A stretch of DNA of 64,000 bases from Penicillus capitatus (Eukaryota; Plantae; Chlorophyta): positions 372,001-436,000 of the forward strand of contig OZ287702.1 in assembly GCA_965649825.1 (NCBI GenBank). The letters run 5' to 3'. Positions 12,742 to 25,766 of the stretch are shown piece after piece; the stretch's first letter is position 1, and every line of letters begins with the position of its first letter. The position numbers and the translations under genes are program-made. Under the pieces are notes generated by a model, which was not told where the DNA came from, ran no database searches, and saw nothing but the letters and a program-made list of their open reading frames with translations.

Positions 12742-13660
12742 ATGGACGACTTTTCCGAAACAATGATGAGAGATTGTGATAATCGCCAACTGGCGGTCGA
12801 GAACCAACACCTCGGCATCAACGAGACACATCCGAGTGCCGATAGCAGTGTCGATGCGACAGAAAGAGGACAGCTCGTCCATGTGTGTACATGACAATGA
12901 AGTCCGTCACATCTTGATTCACCGAGTGCGGGTCTAGATGTGCGCCAACTGAGTGAAATGCTTTCTGGATGCCTCATCAAAAACAGATGCGCTCGCACAA
13001 AGGCCTCGGAGGTCACGTACTTCTGGTGGATTGCATCGTGCTCCGATACAATCCTACCTCGTAACCGTTATGCCATCAAACATACAGTCTATGTGGCAAT
13101 ACTCTATGCCTCCCTCTTCGTGCTCAAGTCTTTCATTTGCATAGCTAAGGTTCGACAGCTCAGGAAGCACATGGCGATGGGTAGGCAAGTCCTCCGGAAT
13201 GTACAGTAATTCCCTGCTGTCATCTCTGTCACATCAACATCTGAAGAATCGACACCTCGAATCCCCTCCCGTCTGTTTGTTCTTGATCCGAATCAACAGA
13301 GTACAGTGCAGCATGTGACCATTGACTATGGGGGAGGCCCAACATATCACACAGTTTCATTCAAGGCGCTCCTTCCCTCACGAGATGTCATCATCCGTCC
13401 TCGTGAATGGATCACAGCAGAATCCAGGATGCTCTATCTGAGTAAGACACTCCTGTCAAATCTCGATGCTGTCCACGCGACAATCTAGATGCGCGTCCTA
13501 TTCTTCGCTATCGCGATGGACATTCCTTCGAATGAATGCTCTCATCATTTGCACGATTTCGCGAAATCGGATTTCTCACAGGAGACGCTTTCGGTTGCCG
13601 ATGAATAAGGGAACGACAATAAAGCGTTGGTTTGCAGAGAGAGCCAAAGACGGTTAGCGG
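12742..13660 (+). CDS. Possible spliced hypothetical gene, model unresolved
   Basis: Several same-strand open segments (12688..12894, 12940..13209, 13306..13488) with plausible acceptors; no recognisable domain. Confidence 0.25.
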
Positions 13661-13692
13661 AAGGCATCCAATGGAGACGGTTGTCAGATGAT

Positions 13693-14071
13693 CTACCGCC
13701 GAACAATCACCTTCCCTCCAATGATCTTATTGGCCGGTTTCCCGCGGATCACGGCGGGCCGCGCGAACTCTATCTGGCACTGAGGGCAACGCAAGTCGCC
13801 ATTGGTGTAATCCTACATGTCCCTTTCTGCATTTCTCCACGAAAGAAGAAAATCACCAACCTCAACAATACGTTCGTGCCAGCATTTGATAAGCGCCCCT
13901 GTACCGCCTTTTCGATACTATACCGCGAGTACACGTGGCATGAGCGGACAGAAACGACCGCCGTACTTTATAAAGCGGCGTAGAGCACTTTGCGCAGATG
14001 ACCTTAACAGTCTTCTTTGGCCCTTTTGCGCTGGGTTGGGCGAGACAAATGAAACGACAGGTTTGTATCAT
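13693..14071 (-). CDS. Small conserved Zn-ribbon protein (2 x CxxC), 2 introns
   Basis: QPSAKGPKKTVKVICAKCSTPLYK|YRKGGTGALIKCWHERIVE|DYTNGDLRCPQCQIEFARPAVIRGKPANKIIGGKV; clean GT-AG junctions. Confidence 0.75.
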
Positions 14072-14147
14072 GCTGTTGAAACGACACGTGCTACGTTTAG
14101 ATCCGTTTTCCAAGGCAGATCGTTCAGCAAGGCAGAGGTGCGGTTCG

Positions 14148-15035
14148 TTACATGTAAATGGATGCCTCGTCACCATCATCGAGCTTCATGACAGTGGACG
14201 TGTTGAGATCTCGGCGCACCTGTGCCTGGTTGACTTCATCTGGATCTTCTTCATTTGTGGCCAGCTCCACACGCAACTTCGATGCCAGTTGTGTCTCTCC
14301 TTGTGCTGAGAGATGCTTCTTCAGACCCAATACCACTTTGGAAGCCAGAGGGAATGTGGCGTAGATCTCTGATATCGCATACTCCTTGGCGATTTCTTTG
14401 ATATCTGTGGGATGGACGGGATTGTTTCCCAGAGACATCACGAAACGGCACGGTACGTCGCCACGTTCTTCCCTCAAGATCTCTCCATAGAACTTGGCAT
14501 CCAGTAATGTCGGCTGTTGCTTCTCGATCAAGGACCCACCGCGATCCAGCAGAGATACCATCTCTTGTCTTCCATCAATGCGTTTGTAGCGCTTCCCATT
14601 GATCTCCACTTCGTTAGATGGCAGCGGTGGTTTGAGACGTAGGACACATTTTGGGGCTGTTGTGTTGGATAGGGACTCTGGCGGATGCCAATGCTTAAAT
14701 CGCTTCGTCCAGTGCTTAATGGACTTCGCAGCTTCTTTGTCGGTAGGAAATTCAAATCCAGGACCTTGGATCGCTTCGCCGAAATCCTCCTCTGCCTCGT
14801 CAGGCGGCGGACGCGTCCTTAATTTCTTAACGAATGTTGTAATGTCGGAGGTCGCGACGTGAAGCGAGCCGCCTGTTTCTCCCTCAGAAAGTGTGTCGGT
14901 CCTCTTATAATAGAACCAGGTCTTTCCGTATCCCGGCAGTTTTTTGACGCTGTTTTTTGGATGCTGTCTTGCTTTCAGTTTAGCCAACCGTTGCGTTAAC
15001 TCGTCGCGAGTTTTTTGAGAAGCCGCGCAAATCAT
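14148..15035 (-). CDS. Hypothetical protein, intronless, about 295 aa
   Basis: Long uninterrupted ORF with globular-protein composition; no family recognised. Confidence 0.6.
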   Translation of the reverse strand: MICAASQKTRDELTQRLAKLKARQHPKNSVKKLPGYGKTWFYYKRTDTLSEGETGGSLHVATSDITTFVKKLRTRPPPDEAEEDFGEAIQGPGFEFPTDKEAAKSIKHWTKRFKHWHPPESLSNTTAPKCVLRLKPPLPSNEVEINGKRYKRIDGRQEMVSLLDRGGSLIEKQQPTLLDAKFYGEILREERGDVPCRFVMSLGNNPVHPTDIKEIAKEYAISEIYATFPLASKVVLGLKKHLSAQGETQLASKLRVELATNEEDPDEVNQAQVRRDLNTSTVMKLDDGDEASIYM

Positions 15036-15146
15036 CGTACACGAATTACCGTAAAAAATAGGCCACGAAAACACAAACGTATATAACTGACAAGGTCAAA
15101 CTACAAGACTGCCTTAAACATCTTGTGGTCGTTTTGTTTGGTGCTG

Positions 15147-16007
15147 ATGGATTTTGACACGGCGTTTCTGAAGTCTGATATATATGACTGGGCAGACGAA
15201 GTCGAAAAAGAATTTAGCGTCGCAGGGACGGAAGACAAGTTTTCGCAGTGCAGTCAAGACACGTGGTTGTATTACTCGACGTCAAGTAGTTTGCCTTTTG
15301 ACGATGTACGGCCGAAACCCTTCGACAGATCCGAAGGCCGCGGAAAACAAAAACCGCGAAACAAACCGAGAACGTCGAAAGGAAATCGGATTGCGCGATG
15401 CATCCACGAGAAATCAACGGTAAAACAGTCACTCGACGGGCCAAGTACAGAGACAGCACGATTATTGGGTCGCCTTGATGGTCTGTTCTGTGCTGCAGAT
15501 ATGGAAACTGTGAAGGAAACGGTGGTGGCCATGGTTCAGAGTCGACAAAAGGACTTCGCATCTTGTGCCGCAAGTCATGCATGGGCTTCGAATTTCGAGG
15601 AACATAAAAAGAAGCACCAAACGAAGAACGTCACAAAGAGCGTGAATCAGGCCAAGGCAGTGTCTAAAGAAAAGCAGCGAGTCGTTCGTCATCAAGTCAT
15701 GGACGGTGCAGTTCTTGTCGTGACGCGAAAACCAAAGGTACCCGAAAAAACGCCTGCGGCAACGCCAATAAAAGCTTCCAAGAAACTCAAGAAGATACCG
15801 CCGCCATCACCGACACCTTCACGCAATTCCCGTGCTGATTCTTCGAGAGATTGGAAGAGTGATAAAAGATCATTGTTAGATTCTGACACCTGCGGATTTC
15901 GGATCTCATCGTCTTTGTCCTCGTCGTCCAAATCGAAACGTTCTTCTTCAAGGTCCCTCAATGAAGAGAAAAACAAACAGCCGGATGCAAGAAAAAATGT
16001 CTGGTAG
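15147..16007 (+). CDS. Hypothetical protein with N-terminal DWADEVE motif and Lys/Ser-rich C-terminus
   Basis: Long ORF divergent from the previous gene; MDFDTAFLKSDIYDWADEVEKEF. Confidence 0.55.
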   Translation: MDFDTAFLKSDIYDWADEVEKEFSVAGTEDKFSQCSQDTWLYYSTSSSLPFDDVRPKPFDRSEGRGKQKPRNKPRTSKGNRIARCIHEKSTVKQSLDGPSTETARLLGRLDGLFCAADMETVKETVVAMVQSRQKDFASCAASHAWASNFEEHKKKHQTKNVTKSVNQAKAVSKEKQRVVRHQVMDGAVLVVTRKPKVPEKTPAATPIKASKKLKKIPPPSPTPSRNSRADSSRDWKSDKRSLLDSDTCGFRISSSLSSSSKSKRSSSRSLNEEKNKQPDARKNVW

Positions 16008-16502
16008 TAAACAATAAGGCCTCACCTCACATGTCCAGCTGCTGGGCACTTCATGAACATACAAGAGTGCTTGCTTTGTGTGTATTCTTCTATAGACGTA
16101 GAAGATTGTTCCCTTCCCTGAAGCCGTCCATTGTAATCATGGGAGAGGGAGAGCCTTCTTCCTCAAGTCGGTCGTTTCCTTACACCTGTCGAGACTTTTC
16201 TACATTTTATTCTGCTCTGACGATTAAAATCTTGATAATTCTGTCTGTCAATGCGGTAGAATAAACATCTCCTTCCACGTTGTTTTGTTCATTGCTGTAA
16301 GGCTGGGTGATGGATGGTCAAAGAGTGTATCGGATTTCTTTACGAATCTGTGCTTGTTGTTTCCACGATAACTTCGGGGTTCGGAATGCTATTCCGCTTT
16401 CGCAATGATGTGAATGTTCTCGTTTTTTGTTGTTGTTACCCCCAGTAGCGACGACTAGCATTTGTGGCCGTCATCGCCATTTAAGAAATTCAACGCGTCT
16501 GC

Positions 16503-17321
16503 ATGGCGAAATTGCCGAAGGTCGCTGTTGTCACTGGCGCCAACAAAGGCCTCGGGTTCAGTACAACAAAGCAACTTTGTAGAAGATTCGACGGCGTGGT
16601 AGTGCTGACGGCCCGCGACACTCAGCGCGGACAAGCCGCGGCCGCCCAACTACGCGCCGAAGGACTCCATCCAGTTTTCCACGAGCTCGACGTCACGGAT
16701 CACTGCTCGATAACGCGTCTCAAAGAGTTCATACACAGCAACTACGGCCGCGTTGACATTCTCGTTCAGAACGCCGGCATTGTGTGCGAAGACACGCCCG
16801 AGTCCCTCTGCCTCGAACAAGTGAAGCGGACGATCGATACCAACTTTACAGGAGTCCTAGATGTCTTTCGTCATCTACAGCCGCTGCTGCAAGACGGCGC
16901 TCGTGTTGTGAATGTCACTTCAGCAATGGGAAAGCTCGAGATTTTGGGTCCAGAGCTGCGTGTGAAATTTGCGGATCCCTACTTGACAGAGTCTGATCTC
17001 GTTAAGCTCATCGAGCAGTATGTAGAGGAAGCAGCTGTCGATCGATGTCATGAGAATGGATGGCCCAATTCTCCCTATGGCATTTCGAAGCTGGCGGTTA
17101 TTGCTTTGACGAAAGTCCAAGCCCGTCAGATGGATCAGCATGGATTGAAGAATGTGTTAGTGAGCAGTGTTTCTCCTGGGTGGGTCCGAACAGACATGGG
17201 AGGAGAAAGTGCTCCCTTTTCAGCAGATCAAGGGGCGCGTTGTATTGTGGAAATTGCATTTCTGCCACAGACGACGCCTAACGGTCAGTTTTGGCGAAAA
17301 GGGAGAATCGATTCTTGGTGA
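16503..17321 (+). CDS. Carbonyl reductase 1-like classical SDR, intronless
   Basis: TGANKGLG, LTARD, NAG, VVNVTS, YGISK catalytic motif, PGWVRTDMGG, plus the CBR-type helical insertion. Confidence 0.9.
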   Translation: MAKLPKVAVVTGANKGLGFSTTKQLCRRFDGVVVLTARDTQRGQAAAAQLRAEGLHPVFHELDVTDHCSITRLKEFIHSNYGRVDILVQNAGIVCEDTPESLCLEQVKRTIDTNFTGVLDVFRHLQPLLQDGARVVNVTSAMGKLEILGPELRVKFADPYLTESDLVKLIEQYVEEAAVDRCHENGWPNSPYGISKLAVIALTKVQARQMDQHGLKNVLVSSVSPGWVRTDMGGESAPFSADQGARCIVEIAFLPQTTPNGQFWRKGRIDSW

Positions 17322-17742
17322 AGAGAGTGAGATTTTGAGTCCTATTTTCTGTTTAAGAGGATGATGTGACATGTCGATGTGCCTAATGTGCCCCCGCTGC
17401 GTTGATCATATCCATCGCTTTTTGTGTTTGTTCGTTCTGTGGACTTGTATGCTAGTCGTTTGTAATTGTTTTAGTTTTTGCGTCTCGCTGAATTCCGCTT
17501 GGTTTACATAACGACACAAGTGAAGACAAAGAGATACGGCGTGCGAAGAAAGGGACATACCTGAACAAACGAACAACAACGGCACAGACGCGACGCCGCA
17601 CGAATGGAGAACAAACCGGGAGACGTCAAGTAAGGGGCGCACAGCGTCAGAGACTATTTCAAACGGAGAGAGCGCCTTCGGCGGCTCGGTCTCCTACGTC
17701 ACGGGAGACAAAACGGCGCGAGACGGGGAATACATTCGGTCG

Positions 17743-20236
17743 ATGAAAATGCATGTCTGTAGAGCTCAGACGGAGACGGCTGAAGCGCCGACCACTGCGA
17801 AGACCGCGACGCCGTCACGGAAGCGATACTCGAGGCAAGGCCGGGACAACAAAGTCCTGTTCACTGAGATATACACTCATACAGGGCACAGCTGATGCAT
17901 TTCCGTGATACGATCGACCTGGCTGCTCCTCCCGTTGGATACAACCCCGCTATTTTGAAGTCCCTCAATCTCCCGCAGGACGCCTGGAATCGAGGCGCTT
18001 GTACTGCAGGCCAGTAGAACCTTTGAATAAAGACATGCCTCCTATGGCGAGGGACGGAATGAAGTGGAACAGAAGTCGCAGCCTGAGAGAATGGACTCCA
18101 CAGAACCAAGGTGAGACGTATTCGATACACGAAATCCATCTGTAGACAGGGACATCTGTCATGGAAGGTTCTAAAGGAGGAGTGGGTTTCAGTCGACTTG
18201 CTGAAGGCGAAGACATGCCGAATGGACCTGGACCTCTTCGAGGAGGACGCGCTTTGCGATCTGCTATTAGCTGGAACGAACAGCACTCGGGCGCGCTTCA
18301 GGCAGCAGAGAAAGGCTTTGTGCGTCTTCCGTTCCCCGATCTATCCTTTACAACAATGATTTAGGCGCGTCGCAACTCACGATCAGATGCACCCGGCCGT
18401 TGGGACAACAACAAAGATGAACAACTGTCGAAAAGTATTGAAAAGGGGGGTCCTGAGAAGTGGAAATCTTACGGACACAGAGAAAACAAAGAGAAACCTC
18501 TGCCTAAGCCCGCCAAAGGTAACGGCATACACACATTCCGTCGTTTGATGTGTTGATCATCTGACTGCAGAGGAAGAGTGTACGGACAATCCGCCACAAG
18601 ACATGACATATCATGGCCACGAGCCCGAGTGGATGTACCATCGACCTTCAGCAGAGAATCCTGAACGCATGAAGCAGCACCGTCAGTTTGCAGCCGACTT
18701 TGAAGAAGAGCGTAAATTGATGAGGGAAAAGATTGCCAAAGATAACAAGGAACGCAACAATGAACGTGGAGAAAACTCTCTGTTCATGACTGATGAAGAA
18801 ATCAATGACTACAAGAAAGAACTGGAGGCAGAAGAACGTGGAATATCTTCATCTGCTTTCACGTTTGACTCGCTCAAGGAAGCGCTGAAATCTCAAGGCG
18901 TCTCAAATTTGCCCCCTATGCCTACAAGTGGCATCAGTACTGTTGATCAAATAGAGAAATCACTGATAGCCTCCGCTTCGGCTCAACAACAACCACAACG
19001 TGTTTCGGTGTCTGAGTTGGGAAGACAACAATTGGAATTGCTGAAAGCTGCTGGTACTCAACAGGGATCCGTACCGAATCAAACAACAGCAGCCAACATT
19101 GAAGGGGCAAACCGTTTGTTGTCTATGTTAAGAGGTCAAGTGCGGCCAGCAGGATCCTTTGGAAATATGAATCCTGCAACACAGTTGCAACAGCCGATTG
19201 GGGGATTCCCTATGAACCTTCCTCATCAACAGGGTCTGTTTGCGGGGAACAACCCGCAGCTTGAGAGACTCTTTGCCGCTAACCCCAGGACTGGCGGAAA
19301 TCTGGGGTTGCCAGGGTATGGAGCTCAGCAACCCCAAGTGCATCCGGCGATGGGAAATGTCCCATCCATTCCGTTCATGCAACAGGCGGGACATCTCGGC
19401 CAGAGAGGAGCGCAGCAGCAGAATAATTTGCTGTCGGCACTGTTGGCGAATCACCAAGCTCAGAATGTCCATCAGAAGCAGGCTCAGATGATGGCACAGT
19501 TGCGACAAGCCCAGCAGCAAACGGCGCTGCAGGCCGCCAGAGCTGAATCTGAAGCCCCTGCCGTTGGTGTACAGGAGAGCGGTGACGATGATGGCGACGG
19601 CAAAGGAAACACAGCTTCCGGACCTGTGCCACAAGGAATGATGGGACTGCTCCCTGGAGTCGCTGCCGGCAATGTACAGAACCCTACTCCTCTGCCTTCG
19701 TTTGGATTGCAAGGCAACCTAATGGGTGTACGTCCTTCCATGCCCACAGGACCTGGAATGTTCACTCCATCGGTTGGCAGCATTCCCCTCGGCGGCAACC
19801 CTCAAGACGCTCTCTTTCCTGGTTAGAAGCTGCTCGGAATGTGTGTTTTGCCGATAATTGTGGTTTAGGTGGCATGCCTCCATCTATCAATCCTGCTGGC
19901 TTAGGCGGACATCCAGCTTTTCTCATGCAGAATGGAGGAGGCCTTGGTCGTCCGATGGGACACAATCTTGCTGGTTTGAATCTTCCAGGCATACGTCCTG
20001 GAATGGGAGCTGCCCTGGGACACATGATGGATGAGCGACCCTTGCCTGGATTAAACAATCAACCCAATGCAGTACATGCAAGTCTTCTGGCTGCTCAACA
20101 GAACAGTGGGGGAAGCCTCAATCGCTTCTTTGGCGAGAGCAACATGGGTGCACCTGGTGCTTTTTCTGCGGACCCACCGACCGTGGCTCCTGTGCGTAAC
20201 CGTTCTCTGGAAGAGCTTAAGAATGAAGCCCAGTGA
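17743..20236 (+). CDS. Low-complexity Q/G/P-rich protein with canonical eIF4E-binding motif YxxxxLphi (4E-T/Cup-like candidate), about 6 introns
   Basis: Spliced RKRYSR|AQLM; EPEWM segment; long QGPM-rich disordered tail (ORFs 18603..19826 and 19841..20236). Confidence 0.6.
17835..17884 (+). other. GC-AG intron (50 nt) splitting YSRAQLM
   Basis: AG|GCAAGG...ATACAG|G; no GT donor of normal intron length keeps the frame. Confidence 0.7.
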
Positions 20237-20906
20237 ATTGGCCGGTAATGGATTGTCGAGCAGCCTGATGAAGCGTGCTTGACTCAGTTAGGTTGATTGA
20301 TCGATTGAATGGTTGGTTGTTTCGCATTTTGATCCCCTGACCCTTGATGAAATACGCACTGGACAGGCACTGTTCCTCATGTTGGTGTGTGTCTCATTTG
20401 TTGTGGAAATCTGTGACTGTTTCTAACAACGACGATCCCTTTAAGCAGCTGTATGATCTTCCTGATCTGATATGCTCTTCGGTTCGTCAAGGATCGTGCT
20501 TTCGTCTGTTTCATTCCCTCCAGTACCTTGATGTTGGGCGTGTTCTAATAAAACTCAGGTAGATGAACACTCAGCTCGTTTTTTGTTGTCTGCGAGAAAT
20601 GCCATTGCTTCAGGCATGATGGTTACATACATACCACTCCCTGAACAGGGATTTAGTTAGTGCACCGGATCACCATTAATCTCTTCCGTCTGACATTCAT
20701 TAAGCACGGAAAGCCCTCGATCATGTCGCATCATTTCTTAGAAAACGTGCGAAGCGACACGCGATCTCTGCGACTGCGGTTTCATTACCCATTCCTTCGC
20801 AAAAAATCGCTGAGTCAGCGATACGCTTTGCAGGTTTGCAGCGAGAAACAATCCCTCGCGCTTTGTAGACGTAGCCGCTTCGTTGACAGTAGTAACCGAA
20901 ACAACC

Positions 20907-21695
20907 ATGACGGAGTCAGGAAACGGCGCCGCCCCGAAGAAACAATTCCTATTCATGACTGTCCACGAAGCGTGGGGTTTATCAAAAGAACAGGAACCTG
21001 TTTGGGACGACGCGTTCAAGGAGGGATATGTACGCGGTGAGCATTTCCGAGGAAGAAATCCGCGTTTTCAGTGTCCGTTGTCCACGGCGCTTTAGTTGAG
21101 GTCCGTGGCGGGGCAAAGGTTCAAAAAGCGACAACATTTACGCAGACGGTCGAAAACTATTCGATGAATTGGCGTCAGGATCTCAGACTGGAACTGACCG
21201 ATGCCTCAAAGGAGCTCCGCATTATGTTGTGCAAAGAGAAACCCCGAGAACCAACCGCCAAGAAATCGACATCAGTTGTTGCCGCCTGCGGTACGCATCC
21301 CATTCTATACGACTTTGTGTGTGACTTCCTAAGCAGGAATTTTCGTCAAAGACATTATGGAGGCTGTTCCAATTGACAAAGCATTTGAATTATTCAAGCC
21401 TGGTGAAACAGACTCGTCTTTGGGAGGGTATATAAGGGTAACGCTTCGTACTGGACCCAATGTCCCGAGTGTGCCAACTATTGAAGAAGGCGAATCCCGT
21501 GCACAAGGTATCGTCCCATAGACGCATCGTCGATGACTGGAATGGTGTGTCGTAGATGAGGAGGTGCCCGATGACGAACCTGATGCAGAGCCCCTTTCCA
21601 ACAAGAGAGGAAACTTGATTCGTTTTCTGATTCTTGCTGGATTGGCAGCAACCATTACTATCTTCAGAATCAAGACGCATAAGAAACGCAGCTGA
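20907..21695 (+). CDS. C2-domain protein with C-terminal transmembrane (tail) anchor, 3 introns
   Basis: LFMTVHEAWGL..GYVR|VEVRG..WRQDLRLEL..ELRIMLC..VVAACG|IFV..GGYIRVTL; terminal LIRFLILAGLAATITIFRIKTHKKRS. Confidence 0.7.
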
Positions 21696-22017
21696 ATTTC
21701 TGGCTTATGCGTTCTCTTTGGAGATAGCATAAATTGTTCGATCGATTGCGTGGGCCTGAACGTTCTTTTTTGTTATTGCACCTGGGAATGAATGCGCGAC
21801 CGTGCATGTTTCCATCACCAGAGCTGTACAAATGTGCATCATCCTCTCTCAATGAATGGATGATTCCTCTTCTGGCAATCCCTTGGTGAAGTGAGATTTA
21901 TTCTTAGTCTCTGTCAAAGCTAACAGGTTACCCAGACGGTTGTGAACATGAAAAAAAATCGATGCTTTAAATGTGCTGCATTTTGACGTGTCTACCTTCG
22001 CGCTCGCTCGACGAAAA

Positions 22018-23498
<1,481 letters not shown>

Positions 23499-23683
23499 AC
23501 TGGCTCGAGCACTGCTGCCCTTGTGCCAATGTTTAAACATCCAAGTGTCCAACAGTGCATGGTGTCTATAGAGCGATTGCGTGATACGAAATTGTTTGCC
23601 TCGATTTGGAAGAGAGCATCGAAATGTGGCAGACACCTGCCTCGAGATTCGATCGTCGACGCAGCATCATCGACCGCCCCCAG

Positions 23684-25657
23684 TCACATCACAACTGATC
23701 CAGCAAGCGATGGAGACGTCTTGTCAGACTCCGTTGCCTCGCGTCGCCGCGAACGGATAGCAAAAGGTACTGAGCGGTATTCTTGATCATCGTCCGCTCG
23801 AAAGGGGTACAGAACTAAACCAAAAGAAAAATAGACGAGACCGTCCGATGAGCGCAATCTGTGTACCTTGATTAGCTTCTCGAGGACGTATCTTCCAAAT
23901 CGGTCACGCATCAGTGACGTCAACGGGACATCGCTGTGCCGTTCTTCGGTGCCGAGAATATTGAGTTTTATTCTCAGAGCTGTCTGCAGGGAACAGACAG
24001 AAAGAAGTGTCTCGACAACATTGCTCGGATATTTCTGGCAGCTCAGCCAGCGCAAATGCGGCATGAAACTGACGGCCATACGTTCGACCGTCGGAGGAGT
24101 ACCCGTGAGGAGAAGCTTTTGCACAACGAAGTTCGCAAACTCGTCCGAAGCAAACTCCACGGCGTGTATGACGATTCGACGTCGGATCGGATCGGTTAGC
24201 TTCCCCGAGTCGCCATTCTCGATGGCTCTTTGTACCACGCGACATCCATAACGGTCTTTGGACATAGTTCGCGTTCTGTCGGCGATGGTACTGTACGCAA
24301 AGGCGATGTCTTGGGCTTGGATATGATGTAAACATCGCTGCAGCACATGATTGCCGTGCTCGTTATGTGCGCAGCTTTCGACATTGCCCTCGAGTGAAGC
24401 TGCCAGATATTTCTTGCCATCGTAGGGAAGGGTCTCGATCGCTTTCTGAACAACTCGACAGCCGTAGGGCCTGGTACTGAGATCCATCATATGAGACTTA
24501 ATGATCTCGACCAGTTTTCTGGAGATGACAGGATTATTGGACTCGAGGAGCACCTGGATGATAAAATTGCCAAAAACATCGCTGGCAATGGTGAGCGCTT
24601 GTTGCGATATCTCTTGAAAATAACGTTGCTGTTCGGATGCGCTGGCAGTTGGCAGCTCTTTTTGAAGAAACCTAAAGAAAACAGAAATGGCGAACATACG
24701 CGATAGAATTCGGCGTTCTTGCCTGCTACCAATCTGGTCTTGGGACAGAAAGATCATATGTCCCCAGAGATCCTACAGATGTCAGATGTTCAAGAGAATG
24801 GATGGCAGTGCTGGAGAGACCGAAAGGCGATATCCGTTACCGCTTCTCTGTTTAAAGGCAGTCAAGAAACCGGTTTTCTGTTTGCTGCGCGTTCGGCAGG
24901 TTTCCTGCGAAAAAACACGTCATCCAACGAAAAGCGCGTTTTCTGTGCGAACATCGTTTTTCGGTTTATGTTCCCATCGACACGGCGTCTTTGAATTCTG
25001 TTTCGGCGGCGAGATTGACTGAACGCTCTGCAAAGAAGGCGCCTCGTTGCCGAGTCCAGAGCTTCGACATTGCTCCACGTCGCCGGTCGCTTTCACAGTG
25101 TGTTCCGAGGCAGATGGCAAGCAAGCAGACGCCAGCGCATTCGTTGGACATGTGTGCGTCGACTCTGACGGCGGCGAGGCTGGAAGAACCGTGGAATAGC
25201 CAGGATGTAGAGCAGGAATGTATTGCAGCGCATGCCGTTGTTGTGCCTCCAGTTGCTTGCGTTTACACTCGATCTCTAGCGCCAAGCGAAACGGCGAGAG
25301 GAGGTCGGCTTGTGGCTCGTAGTGATCCGGAGATATATAACCATCGAACAAGGAATCGAGGGAACGAATCTGTTCGGGCGAAACGGCGAAAGGCGATTCG
25401 GTGAATCCAAAGATCGGTTCGTTCAGCGCTCTTGGACTGTCACCGGCATCGGCCTGCGTTTTTATGCTTTCTGGAAGAGGTCGGAGGAAATCTGAATCGC
25501 CCTCGCAGCGGAGAGTCGGACGAGAAGGAACGATGGTGGTACTTCCTGTGCAGACGGTGTTGTTTTGAAAAACCTCAGATCGTACAGACTCCGGAATCAA
25601 ATCGTCGAGATCCTGTTCAGAAGTCAAGGACGCCCAGCTCTGTGCATTTTTGGACAT
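23684..25657 (-). CDS. Pumilio/PUF RNA-binding protein with 8 repeats and disordered N-terminus
   Basis: QDQIGSR|FLQ, GNFIIQ, GCRVVQ, GNHVLQ, GCRVVQ, ANFVVQ, SNVVE, GRYVLE; exact C-terminal end uncertain. Confidence 0.9.
24672..24722 (-). other. GC-AG intron (51 nt, in frame, stop-free) in PUF repeat 1
   Basis: AG|GCAAGA...TTCTTTAG|G; removal restores canonical GSRFLQ. Confidence 0.8.
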
Positions 25658-25766
25658 CAACTGAAAGAGCAGCAGGTCACTGTTCACTTTCGGGTTGGTT
25701 GTTGGGCGACTCATTCGGTTTTCTTTGTTCCAAGGGCCGAAGCGTCAGTAAGATAGATTACGAGAC

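Noticed and set aside
19128-19712. Long antisense ORFs (also 5483..5896, 29614..30084, 42988..43749, 58806..59693)
   Set aside because: These are shadow ORFs opposite well-supported genes
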